Shown: positions 18,609-27,497 of the stretch, in pieces
How the letters are laid out: the number at the start of each line of letters is the position of its first letter
How positions within the stretch are numbered: position 1 is the stretch's first letter
Source of the DNA: an uncultured Actinomycetota bacterium
GTDB taxonomy: Bacteria; Actinomycetota; Actinomycetes; S36-B12; UBA10799
Assembly: GCA_963769435.1 (NCBI GenBank)
Contig: CAVYLN010000002.1
Location: 29,098-93,097, forward strand
Direction: 5' to 3'
Length of the DNA stretch: 64,000 bases
Made by a program: the position numbers and the translations under genes
The notes under the pieces: generated by a model
The model's input: the letters and a program-made list of their open reading frames with translations, nothing else
Told to the model about the DNA's origin: nothing
Database searches by the model: none

Positions 18609-19981
18609 ATGACCCTATCTGTGCCCGTCAGGCGAAGCGGAGTCCCTTCAGTCGCGCATCGAGCAGTTGATGCCGCAGGTGCGTCACGATCTCGAACGAC
18701 TGGTCGCGATACCCTCCATCAATTTCCCCGGCTACGACCAGGAGGAAGTGGTGCGCTGTGCACACGCCTGCGCCGACCTGCTGCGTGAGTTGGGGGCGGA
18801 CCCACAACTCATCGAGTCGAGCAGTGGAGTGCCAACTGTCAGGGCGGACATCGCCGGGCCACCCGGTTCTCCGACTGTGCTGTTGTACTCCCACTACGAC
18901 GTACAACCGGCAGGCGAGGATGCCGCGTGGGAGTCCGAGCCCTTCGAGGCACAGGAGCGGGACGGTCGCCTGTACGGCCGGGGGGCGGCGGACGACAAGT
19001 CCGGAGTGGTGACACACCTGGCCGTGTTGCGCGCGTTCAACGGCACTCCCCCGGTCAACGTCCGGATCCTGTCTGGAGGGCGAGGAGGAGTACGGCGGGG
19101 ACTTCGAGGAATGGCCGACGACGCGGCCCGAGGTCTTCGGGGACATCGACGTCGCGGTCATCTGCGACATGGGCAACGTCGAGATCGGCCATCCGACGTT
19201 CACCACGCAGTTGCGCGGCATCATCGAGGGTGTCGTCACGGTCGACACGCTCGCGGAACCGCGGCACAGCGGCATGTTCGGCGGACCCGCACCGGACGCT
19301 CTGATGGTCCTGATCAAACTGCTCAGCACGCTGATGGACGAGCAGGGCAACTGCAGCATCGAAGGGATCACCGGCTCCTCATGGCCGGGAGCCGACTTCC
19401 CCGAGGATGCGTTCAGGGTCGTGGCGGGCGTGTTGCCCGGTCAGCCGCTGATCGGGACCGACAGCATCGCGTCGCGTCTGTATTCGAAGCCGGCCGTCAG
19501 TGTCGTCGGTCTTGACGCCCCCGAGGTGGCCACAGCGCCGAACGCGATAGTTCCGAGCGCGCGGGCGAAGGTCAGTGTTCGTATCCCGGCCGGCCTTGAC
19601 GCCGAACACGCCACCGAACTGCTCGAACAGCACATCACGCGCCACGCTCCGTTCGGAGTGAACGTCTCCTTCGAGCCGGGACAGCCAGCCAACGGCTCGG
19701 CGGTCCCAGTCGGTGGGCCCGGATACGACGCGTTCAGCAGCGCCATGGAGTTCGCCTACGGGCGCTCGTCCACCCAGCAGGGTGCGGGTGGCGCCGTCCC
19801 CTTCGTCGCCAACCTAATCGATGCGTTCGGGAAGCTTGAGGTCCTCGGTGTGGGCGCACAGGACCCACTGGCCAGAATCCACGCTCCCAACGAGAGCATC
19901 CATCTCAAGGAGTTGCAGGACTCGATCGTCGCCGAGGCCGTCTTCCTGCTGGAGTACGGCCGCCGGAGCGTGTCCAACTGA
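18609..19981 (+). pseudogene. M20 family dipeptidase, one clear frameshift and possibly a second near the 5' end
   Basis: LVAIPS...LLYSHYDVQP...GRGAADDKSGV...VNVRIL lies in one frame (ORF 18667-19515). LEGEEEYGGDFEEW...HSGMFGG...GAQDPLARIHAPNESI lies in the next (ORF 19169-19981). The junction is near 19070. The ATG at 18609 is in a third frame relative to SGEAESLQSRIEQLMPQV, suggesting another indel near 18628. Confidence 0.8.
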
Positions 19982-19999
19982 TGATACGGGGTTCTGCGA

Positions 20000-20033
20000 G
20001 CCAGCCCTGCGGGATCAGATCCCCCGGGCTGGC
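20000..20033. terminator. compound stem-loop between convergent genes
   Basis: GCCAGCCC (20000-20007) pairs with GGGCTGGC (20026-20033). The loop contains the nested palindrome GGGATC-a-GATCCC. It lies between the M20 stop (19981) and the RCC1 gene stop (20118). Confidence 0.3.
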
Positions 20034-20117
20034 GTGGGGTCGTGCACTGTGGGGTTCCCGATCACACGTGATCAAGCGGCTCCAGCAGATCGACGCTCGT
20101 GGCGGATCGCAGGGCGC

Positions 20118-21758
20118 CTACAGGGGCGTTGGCTGCTTCCAGGTGATGTTTCCGGCCACACGGATCGGGTCCACCCGACTAGTGAATCCCGGGCCGTCAC
20201 CGAGCCCCCCGAAACCATCGAAGCCCCAGCACCAGGCAGCGGCGGCGGCGTCCAAAGCGCACGTGTGCGCCTGGCCGGCAGCGACGGTCGTGTAACTGCG
20301 CCCACCGGACACTTGCACCGGTTGGGACTGGTCCGTAGTGCCGGCCCCGTCCCCGAGTTGCCCGTTGCCGTCGGTGCCCCAGCACCAGGCAGCGGCAGCG
20401 GCATCAACGGCGCAGGTGTGCTGCAGGCCTGCTGTCACGGTCGTGTAGGTACGTGATCCGGACACCTGCGCCGGTTGGAACTGGTTCGTTGCACCGGCCC
20501 CGTCACCGAGCTGCCCCCTGAAGTCGCTGCCCCAGCACCAGGCACCGCCCGTGGTGTCGAGAGCGCATGTGTGAGAACCACCGGCGGCGACAGTAGCGAA
20601 TTTGTGTGAGCCGGACACCTGGACCGGTTCGAATTGGTTCGTGGCACCGGCCCCGTCGCCGAGCTGCCCGGAGCTGTCGTTGCCCCAGCACCAGGCTGTC
20701 CCGTTGATGTCCACAGCGCAGGTGTAATGGCTGCTGGCGGCATCGCCGCCGGCGGAAATACCTGTGTAGGTGCGCCCGCCGGACACCTGCACCGGTTCGA
20801 ACCGGTTGGTGGCAGTGGGCCCGTCGCCGAGTTGCCCGGAGCTATCGCTGCCCCAGCACCAGGCTGTCCCGTTGGTATCCAGAGCGCACGTGTGGTTACT
20901 GCCGGCAGTCAGAAACGTGAAGGTCCGCCCGCCGGACACCTGCACCGGTTCGAATTTGTCCGTAGCGCCGGCCCCGTCACCGAGTTGCCCGAAGTCGTCG
21001 TACCCCCAGCACCAGGCGGCCCCGTCGGTATCGAGAGCGCATGAGTGCGCGAAGCCTGCAGCGATGGTGGTGTATGCGCGGGTGCCGATAACCTGCACCG
21101 GTTCGAACTGGTTCGTGGCACCGGCCCCGTCACCGAGCTGCCCGGAGTCGTCGTACCCCCAACACCATGCGGCGCCGTCGGCATCGAGACCGCACGAGTG
21201 GAAAGCGCCGAGCGCCAAACTCGCGGTGGTGACAACCGGATTCGTGGTGGGCGTCGGGCTGGGCGTCGGTCCCGGCGGCGGTGGTGGGGTCGTCGAGACC
21301 GGGGGCGGGCTTACCGGGGCGGGCGCCGGGGTCGGTGTAGGGGTGGACTTCACGCGGTATCGCACCTTCACCTTGACGTTTCGCCCCGACCGCACCCTCA
21401 CTTTGGCGGGTTTGACAGTCGCGGTCGCGGTGCGCCCTGCGGATTTGATCGGCTTGGCGCTGACTTTGTAGGTCCCGGGTCGCAACCCAGTGATCCTGCC
21501 GCGTTTCCCGATCTTCTGCACACGCTTGGTACCTTTGGCCGGCCCTTTCACCGCCCGCAGTGTGATCTTCGCGCGCTTGCCCAACCGCTGGCCGGTGACT
21601 GAGACCTTGGCTACGCCCTTCTTCGCCGAAGCCGCGGGCGTGACAGTAGAGGCAGTCGCAGCCTCCCCAGTCACCAGCAAACCCAGCATCATCCCCGCAT
21701 TTGCGCACGCTGCAAAGAGACTCTTTGCGCTCAACCGGCCGGCACTCATCGACATCAC
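20118..21758 (-). CDS. secreted RCC1-repeat (7-blade beta-propeller) protein with a basic N-terminal domain and a Pro/Thr linker
   Basis: 546 aa with a hydrophobic signal-like N-terminus, a Lys/Arg-rich beta-like segment and a PTPTPAPAPVSPPP linker. Then seven units carrying (A/T)AWCWGxDxxGQLGDG...PVQV...H(S/T)CA(L/V)D. Confidence 0.85.
   Translation of the reverse strand: MMSMSAGRLSAKSLFAACANAGMMLGLLVTGEAATASTVTPAASAKKGVAKVSVTGQRLGKRAKITLRAVKGPAKGTKRVQKIGKRGRITGLRPGTYKVSAKPIKSAGRTATATVKPAKVRVRSGRNVKVKVRYRVKSTPTPTPAPAPVSPPPVSTTPPPPPGPTPSPTPTTNPVVTTASLALGAFHSCGLDADGAAWCWGYDDSGQLGDGAGATNQFEPVQVIGTRAYTTIAAGFAHSCALDTDGAAWCWGYDDFGQLGDGAGATDKFEPVQVSGGRTFTFLTAGSNHTCALDTNGTAWCWGSDSSGQLGDGPTATNRFEPVQVSGGRTYTGISAGGDAASSHYTCAVDINGTAWCWGNDSSGQLGDGAGATNQFEPVQVSGSHKFATVAAGGSHTCALDTTGGAWCWGSDFRGQLGDGAGATNQFQPAQVSGSRTYTTVTAGLQHTCAVDAAAAAWCWGTDGNGQLGDGAGTTDQSQPVQVSGGRSYTTVAAGQAHTCALDAAAAAWCWGFDGFGGLGDGPGFTSRVDPIRVAGNITWKQPTPL
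20121..21206 (-). repeat. seven tandem intragenic repeats of about 153-165 bp (RCC1 blades)
   Basis: The DNA motif caccaggc(a/t)g...gtcaccgagctgccc recurs with a period of about 51-55 codons through the 3' two-thirds of the gene. These are coding repeats, not CRISPR. Confidence 0.8.
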
Positions 21759-22164
21759 ATCCTGATCGATCTGCGGTTTCGCGCCACCCTAGCACCGGAC
21801 ACGTGGATTCCACACCTTTGCTTTTGCACTGAATACACGCCACGACAGGCACCGCCGAGCACTACGAGCGGCGGCGATGGCGGTGCACTGGGCATCGACG
21901 GACTCGTAACGATCGGTGTGCTTACGGCCCCGCATCGGCAAAGGCGAGGTCAACATCAGACGCCGGGCCAGGTCCCACGGCGGCCTCTCCAACTCGTATT
22001 TCCAACTCGAAGGTTTGTCGAGCAAGCAGTCCCTTCCGCGCTTGCCGACCAGCGAGTGCGTGAAAGGGTAGGCGACCCGTGGACTGTCCTGGGACCTATG
22101 CCCCGCTCAATGAAGTCAGCTTCTGAGGTCTATTGGGAAAGCGGGGCTGACCAGGGGTTTTGCG

Positions 22165-22239
22165 TGGTGGGCGATACTGGGTTCGAACCAGTGACCTCTT
22201 CGGTGTGAACGAAGCGCGCTACCACTGCGCCAATCGCCC
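22165..22239 (-). tRNA. tRNA-Val (anticodon CAC), CCA encoded
   Basis: The reverse complement is GGGCGATTGGCGCAGTGGTAGCGCGCTTCGTTCACACCGAAGAGGTCACTGGTTCGAACCCAGTATCGCCCACCA. It folds as a cloverleaf with anticodon loop TTCACAC. Confidence 0.9.
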
Positions 22240-22261
22240 GCAAGACTGCGACCAGACTACC

Positions 22262-22663
22262 TCACAGCGGCCAGAAGCCTCGCACACCGTCCAGGGATAC
22301 GCCGTAGCGCCAGAGGTAGGCGCCGATGGCGGCGCCGAACAGGACGAACGCCGCGGTCGAGAGTGTCCGCACCTGCGTGCGGTACTGCGGATCCTGTGCA
22401 GTGCGCTTGGCCTGTGACAACTTGGTCCGTATCGGGGAGAGCAGTTTCTGGGCCCAGACGTACTCGGAGGCCAGGATGATCAACCCCAGGGCGATGCTCG
22501 CCCAGCCCGGACCTGGGAGTACCAGCAGCAGCACTCCCACGGCGACGACACTGACTCCGACCACGAAGACGCTGACCCGCCAGGCGGTGTCGAGCAGCCA
22601 GTGCCGACGGAACCAACCGCGGAACCGGCGGTTCCACGGGAGGTCGGTCTGCGGTTGTGTCAC
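22262..22663 (-). CDS. PGPGW-domain membrane protein
   Basis: 133 aa with LLLVLPGPGWASIALGLIILASEYVWA and flanking TM segments. Confidence 0.8.
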   Translation of the reverse strand: MTQPQTDLPWNRRFRGWFRRHWLLDTAWRVSVFVVGVSVVAVGVLLLVLPGPGWASIALGLIILASEYVWAQKLLSPIRTKLSQAKRTAQDPQYRTQVRTLSTAAFVLFGAAIGAYLWRYGVSLDGVRGFWPL

Positions 22664-22737
22664 GTTTCACAGCCTAAAGCGGTTACTCGAGGGAACGAAA
22701 GGGCACACCATGGACGTCAGGGTTATGGAGGCCACAC

Positions 22738-23163
22738 ATGCATACGGGACCGATTCCCACGATCGTCACAGCTGAGATCATTCTCAACCTGGTGATCGGC
22801 ACGGAGTACGGCATGCCCGTGCCGGCCAGATTCAGCTATTCCGCACAGGAACCGCTGTCGGTCACCGCCGAATTCAAGGGTGACGGCGTCGCTGTGCAAT
22901 GGGTCTTCGCGCGCGATCTGCTCAAGGGCGGCACGAACCATCCGGTCGGTGACGGCGACGTCACCTGCTGGCCCGCAACCATCAGCGGCGACAGGGTCAT
23001 CTGCATCACACTGCGCTCCCCCTCCGGCCAAGCTCTGCTTGAGGCGCCCGCAGCCGAGATCGACGAGTTCCTGCAGCGGGCGTACGAGGTCGTTCCCGCC
23101 GGCGCCGAATCCGATTTCCTCGATCTCGACGGACTGATCGCCGAGTTGCTCAACGATCGCTAG
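22738..23163 (+). CDS. ssgB: SsgA-family sporulation/cell-division regulator (SsgB-like)
   Basis: 141 aa with PARFSYSAQEPLSVTAEF...WVFARDLL...GDGDV...ITLRSPSG.ALLEAPAAEIDEFL, the SsgA-like protein signature. Confidence 0.9.
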   Translation: MHTGPIPTIVTAEIILNLVIGTEYGMPVPARFSYSAQEPLSVTAEFKGDGVAVQWVFARDLLKGGTNHPVGDGDVTCWPATISGDRVICITLRSPSGQALLEAPAAEIDEFLQRAYEVVPAGAESDFLDLDGLIAELLNDR

Positions 23164-23997
23164 ACAGCCGCGTCAAACCGGGTCGGCGTCTGCGGCACTG
23201 CGCTGCCGGAAGGCCTTGTGGCGACCTCGGAGGTCAGCGGCCCCGGCGCGTCGAGGACCCGCCCGTCCACCCGATCGACAGGGTGTACATCCCGCGTGCT
23301 CGAGGTGAGGAAGATCTCGTCCGCGTCCTGCAGAACGGACAACGGCAGGACGCGCTCCTGCACGTCACACCACTCGACGACCAGGTCCCGCGTGATCCCC
23401 GCCAGGCATCCGTCGGAGGTGGGTGGAGTCACGACCCGCCCGTCGATGACCACGAAGATGTTGCTCCCGGTGCCCTCGCACAGGTTCCCCGCGAGGTTGG
23501 CGAGGATCGCCTCACTGGCCCCCTGTCTCCTGGCCTCGGCCAAACACACCGCATTCTCGGCGTACGACGTGGTCTTCAAGCCCTTCAACGGCGAGCGCTC
23601 GTTGCGGGGCCAGCGACTCAACGCCACCTGAGTGGTGACGGGCCAGGGCTGCGGTGGGCATCGTCACGCATGCCAGTGTCAAGGGGCCAGGGCCGCGGTT
23701 CGAGCCCAGTGGTCCGGGTCCCGACGTGTAGGTGATGCGCAGTACCCCGAGCGGATGGGACTCGACGTCGAGCAGCTCGGCAACGGCCCGCCGGACCGTC
23801 TTCTCATCGACTGGCGGTAGGCCGAGGCCCGCCGCCGATCTGTTGAGCCGACGCAGGTGCCGCGTGAGTGCGAATGGCACACCCTCGACGGTCTTGAGGG
23901 TCTCGAACACGCCATCGCCGACGGTGAATCCGTGATCGATGACGTTGATCGTCCCCTCGGACACTGGCTGTATCCGGCCATTGATCCAACTCCACAC
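23160..23997 (-). pseudogene. pabC: class IV aminotransferase / aminodeoxychorismate lyase, one frameshift
   Basis: The N-terminal part (INVIDHGFTVGDGVFETLK...LRITYTSGPGPLGSNRG) is ORF 23512-23997. The C-terminal part (SRWPRNERSPLKGLKTTSYAENA...EGTGSNIFVV...LAGITR) is ORF 23160-23627. The junction is near 23655 (ACVTMP then PQPWPVTTQVALS) and fits one extra base. Confidence 0.75.
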
Positions 23998-24001
23998 GAC
24001 G

Positions 24002-25002
24002 TCAGCCTTTCACGGAATCCTCGCTGGCGAGCGAAATCAAACGCTGCGCCTTGAGTTGCGTCTCCTCCCACTCCCCCGCCGGATCGCTGCCCCATGTGAT
24101 ACCCGCCCCGGTGCCGAATCGAATCTCCCCACCGTCCAGCCAGAAGGTCCTGATCGCCACCGCGAGTTCCGCGCGTCGGGAGTCGGAGTCGATCCAGCCA
24201 AAAGTGCCGCAGTACCACTGTCGTGGAACCGGCTCCAACTCCCGGATCACTTCGAGCGCTGAGGACTTCGGAGCGCCCGACACGCTGCCAGGGGGGAAGG
24301 TCGCGGCCAGTATCGTCGTCCAGTCGGCGTCACCCGACGTCGGCACTCACCGTGCTCACGAGGTGGTGCAGACCCGGATACGGCTCAACCGCGAGCAACT
24401 CATCGACATTCACGCTTCCCACCCGCGCAACACGCCCGAGGTCGTTGCGCACAAGGTCGGTGATCATCACGTTCTCAGCGCGGTCCTTGGGAAGGAAGCC
24501 GGCGGGCGATGCCGCGGTGCCCTTGATCGGGCTCGACAGCAACTTGTTGCCGTGCCGTGTGAGGAAGCGCTCAGGAGAGGCGGAGGCGATGTGCACTCCC
24601 GATTCGGGCAACGTGAGTAGACCGGCGAAAGGTGCACGCATCGTGGCTAGGCGCATGTACAGACCCTCGAGATCCTCGGCGTCACACTCCGCACTCAGCA
24701 CCCTGCACAGGTTCACCTGGTAGACCCAACCCCTGGCGATGTGTTCCTGGATCCGCTCTGACCCGGTCCGCGTATTCGATCTCCGAGAGCGACGTCCGCC
24801 AGGCGGTGCGCACACCCGACCACGTTCCGCGGCGATCACGACGCCGCCAAGTCTTGAATCGGGCGAACACGGCACGACCCTCGAAACCTATCGCCACAGC
24901 CCAGCGGCCACCGGTCTCGAGTGCCGCCGGGTCGTGAGTGATCTCGACCAGGTCTGTGGCCCACAGATCGCCGAAAGCCGCCGTCGGTCCCGTGGTGCGC
25001 AC
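24002..25002 (-). pseudogene. pabB: aminodeoxychorismate synthase component I (chorismate-binding enzyme), two frameshifts
   Basis: Three ORFs (24682-25002, 24330-24875, 24002-24346) join as ...EYADRVRA then IQEHIARGWVYQVNLCR...SPERFL...PIKGTA...HLVSTVSADVG then DADWTTILAATFPPGSVSGAPK...GTGAGITWGSDP. Junctions are near 24755 and 24337. Confidence 0.8.
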
Positions 25003-25104
25003 GATTCATCCTGCCCACCGCCCCCATGCCGTGTCCCGCTTGCCCCCCTTCGTGACGGCTCCGTTATGCTGGTGCAAGTCGGTTTCGATACCGGCTAGTC
25101 ACAC

Positions 25105-25177
25105 GCGGACGTAGCGCAGCTGGTAGCGCATCACCTTGCCAAGGTGAGGGTCGCGGGTTCGAATCCCGTCGTCCGCT
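25105..25177 (+). tRNA. tRNA-Gly (anticodon GCC)
   Basis: GCGGACGTAGCGCAGCTGGTAGCGCATCACCTTGCCAAGGTGAGGGTCGCGGGTTCGAATCCCGTCGTCCGCT. Cloverleaf with anticodon loop TTGCCAA. Confidence 0.9.
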
Positions 25178-25197
25178 CGAGAGGCCACGGGGCTTCT

Positions 25198-25268
25198 GGT
25201 GGAGTGGCCGAGAGGCGAGGCAACGGCCTGCAAAGCCGTCTACACGGGTTCGAATCCCGTCTCCACCT
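25198..25268 (+). tRNA. tRNA-Cys (anticodon GCA)
   Basis: GGTGGAGTGGCCGAGAGGCGAGGCAACGGCCTGCAAAGCCGTCTACACGGGTTCGAATCCCGTCTCCACCT. Anticodon loop CTGCAAA. Confidence 0.9.
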
Positions 25269-25279
25269 CGCTTTACGAA

Positions 25280-25354
25280 GGGCGATTGGCGCAGCGGTAG
25301 CGCGCTTCCTTGACACGGAAGAGGTCACTGGTTCGAACCCAGTATCGCCCACCA
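25280..25354 (+). tRNA. tRNA-Val (anticodon GAC), CCA encoded
   Basis: GGGCGATTGGCGCAGCGGTAGCGCGCTTCCTTGACACGGAAGAGGTCACTGGTTCGAACCCAGTATCGCCCACCA. Anticodon loop TTGACAC. Confidence 0.9.
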
Positions 25355-25383
25355 CGAAGGACTCCTCGTAGAACGTTCGAACC

Positions 25384-26457
25384 TCAGCTGCTGATTCCGG
25401 AAAGCGTTCGCGTCCCGGACAGGTTGGCGGCTGTTCCAGGATTGATTCCCTGCAGCGCGGCCAGTTGCTCGGCCATCGGCGAGTCCGGCTCGGCTAGCGG
25501 TGAACTCGGCCAGGCGTGCCCGCCCCCGACGACCTCGTAGAACACGAGCGGCACGTCGTCGTCACAGCCGGAGTAGGTCGTGGTGACGACGTCGGTCGAC
25601 GCCTTCACACGGTCGCCCTCCGGGGCGCACCCCATCGCCTTTGCGAACTGGGCGAACTGGTCAGGCATGGGCTCGGAGAACAGCACCTCGACGAACTCCT
25701 CGCCTTCGAACCTGGTGCCGGTGGGATCACCGTCGAACGGGACGGTCGGGTCCTCGGTGCCGTGGATCGCCCGGAACGGCACCGGCTCGGCCGGATCGCA
25801 CCCCTTCGGGTACGAGATCGCAGCAACTGAGACTGCGGCGGCGAGCCGATCGGACATCTCGCACACGAGCTGGCTCGTGAACAGACCCCCACCGGACATT
25901 CCGATCGCATACAGCCGGGTCTCGTCGACGCAATAGTCGTCGATGAGCAGGTCGAGGAGTTCATCCACGAAGGCGACGTCGTCCTTGGCCGGATCGTCTA
26001 CCGCGATCGTCTCCCACGAGTTGCGCCCTTCCTCATCGCGAGTCGACGGAACAGCGGTCGGATGGACGACGACGAAGCCCTCCTCCTCGGCGAGTTCCTC
26101 GTATCCGGTGAAGGCGGCCTGCTGGTCGCCGTTTGAGCCGAAGCCGTGGAAGTTCAGGACCAGAGGGAGCTCGGACGTGCCGTCGTATGTCTTCGGGACG
26201 TACACCCGCACGTCGTGCTCGGCCCCACCGGCGTCGAGGACGAACTGGCTCACGCCCGTCGGCACGGCGGGGCAGCCGACTCCGGCCTGCACGTCGCCCG
26301 TCGTCGGCGGCGCGGTCGAGGAGGCTGATTCGGACGCGGCTTCGTCTCCACTACCGCACGCGGCGGCGACGAGCGAAGCGGCGAGGACCATGCCTGCGAC
26401 GTGGAGCCGGCGTCCGCGGGGCCGGGCGTTCGAGGTGTTCATGGGGGTCTCCTCCAC
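25384..26457 (-). CDS. secreted alpha/beta-hydrolase esterase lipoprotein (PHB-depolymerase / LpqC-like family)
   Basis: Signal peptide plus lipobox (LVAAACGS), then LVLNFHGFGSNG...HPT and the nucleophile elbow GMSGGG. Confidence 0.75.
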   Translation of the reverse strand: MEETPMNTSNARPRGRRLHVAGMVLAASLVAAACGSGDEAASESASSTAPPTTGDVQAGVGCPAVPTGVSQFVLDAGGAEHDVRVYVPKTYDGTSELPLVLNFHGFGSNGDQQAAFTGYEELAEEEGFVVVHPTAVPSTRDEEGRNSWETIAVDDPAKDDVAFVDELLDLLIDDYCVDETRLYAIGMSGGGLFTSQLVCEMSDRLAAAVSVAAISYPKGCDPAEPVPFRAIHGTEDPTVPFDGDPTGTRFEGEEFVEVLFSEPMPDQFAQFAKAMGCAPEGDRVKASTDVVTTTYSGCDDDVPLVFYEVVGGGHAWPSSPLAEPDSPMAEQLAALQGINPGTAANLSGTRTLSGISS

Positions 26458-26827
26458 GGACGTGCAGGCGACTATACAGTGGCGCGCGGGGGGCTACGGC
26501 AGGTCTCAGCCGTGGCAGCGTCTATTCCGTATTGCTGCCCTCGTGAATCCGCGGAAGCGTTCGGTCGACCGCAACGACGTCTGGATAGGCAAGGCGGGAT
26601 GTGCCGCAACCGAAGCTCTGGGTCAGACCAGGGTGGCACTGTCGTGGCCCCGCGTCGCCCGACTGCGCAGCGCTCTCTCCACTTCCTTCTGGGAGCCGAG
26701 GCCACGCTCGCGGGTCCGGCGGCGGGCTGCTATTAGGCCCGGTGACCCGGAAGTGGTTCGAGCAGAGGGGCTCGACACGCTAGGTCAGGTGTTCGTGAAT
26801 GTAGTCACGGACGACGGCGCGGGGGCC

Positions 26828-27076
26828 TCAAGCCGTGACAGTGATCTCGTGGATCTCGTCGGCAGGGTGGCCGGCGCGCTCGTGGATGCGGCGTACGGCG
26901 TCTTCGCTCGGCGCCTCGGACAGGCAGAAGACGTGACCGGTCTTGGGATCGGCCCATGCCTGCTTGAAGTTGACCCCCTCCTCATCCTGGATGTCCAAGT
27001 CGGCCTGATGCGCGGATGCGAGGGCTTCCGGTGTTACACCGACCATGCTGGTGTGGACATCCATGTACTCGGCCAT
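26828..27076 (-). CDS. DUF4242-like small protein (SCO4226-like ferredoxin fold)
   Basis: MAEYMDVHTSMVGVTPEALASAHQADLDIQDEEGVNFKQAWADPKTGHVFCLSEAPSEDAVRRIHERAGH. AAGGAG lies 8 nt upstream of the ATG at 27076. The ORF track extends to 27124. Confidence 0.7.
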   Translation of the reverse strand: MAEYMDVHTSMVGVTPEALASAHQADLDIQDEEGVNFKQAWADPKTGHVFCLSEAPSEDAVRRIHERAGHPADEIHEITVTA

Positions 27077-27220
27077 TGCTTCATCTCCTTGTTGCGGCGC
27101 CGCCGGATGCGGCGCCGCGGTCATTCCCGGCCAACCCTAGACCCGAATACGCCGCGTTGGGAAGGAAAGCCTTACCTGAGTGCAGTTGCCTTCACCGCTG
27201 TCCCACTCCCCCGGGAGGCG

Positions 27221-27440
27221 TCACTTGGCGCAATCACCCGCCTGCGGTGTCGAGGTGCGGTAGGCGGTCGCTCGTGAGACACCGGGGCCTTTGGATATCT
27301 CAGCGAAGGAGGAGTCATTTCTGAGTACAAGCTCTGGGCAACCTGAATCCTCTTGGGACCCAGACCTGGCTTGCGCCCACCCGCAATGACTCCTCTTGGC
27401 CCGTTCGGACTCGTGCGCCGATCGGGGTGGGCTCGGCGCA
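27221..27440 (-). pseudogene. serine recombinase (resolvase/invertase) C-terminal HTH remnant, frameshifted and 5'-truncated
   Basis: One frame reads GRKPGLGPKRIQVAQSLYSE. The next reads NDSSFAEISKGPGVSRATAYR. Together they match the GRxPKL...A..L...G.S...IA...GVSR.T.YR tail of resolvases. No catalytic-domain sequence lies upstream. Confidence 0.45.
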
Positions 27441-27497
27441 GGAGTAGGCGGGCGGCTGTTTTGAGGATTGATCTGCGGATTCCGGGTACCTGCCACC

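Noticed and set aside
20121-21206. Regular repeats of about 155 bp that could be mistaken for a CRISPR-like or satellite array.
   Set aside because: The repeats are in frame and encode RCC1 propeller blades. There is no repeat-spacer structure and no cas genes.
21789-22025. 78-aa ORF next to tRNA-Val, considered as an integrase or transposase remnant.
   Set aside because: I recognise no recombinase or transposase motif in any of the six frames of 21780-22160.
22165-25354. Two near-identical tRNA-Val genes (about 5 differences in 75 nt, anticodons CAC and GAC) in inverted orientation, bracketing the PGPGW gene, ssgB, pabC and pabB. They could be island boundaries or an inversion substrate.
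   Set aside because: They are distinct isoacceptors, both needed for decoding. As far as I recall, a Gly-Cys-Val cluster with a nearby divergent Val is a common actinobacterial arrangement. I found no integrase and no direct repeat of a tRNA 3' end.
26783-26830. The DUF4242 TGA stop is followed in frame by 15 sense codons (GPRAVVRDYIHEHLT) and then TAG. This could be read-through or a nonsense mutation.
   Set aside because: DUF4242-type proteins normally end about where the TGA lies. A 15-codon open stretch is unremarkable in this composition, and there is no recoding signal.
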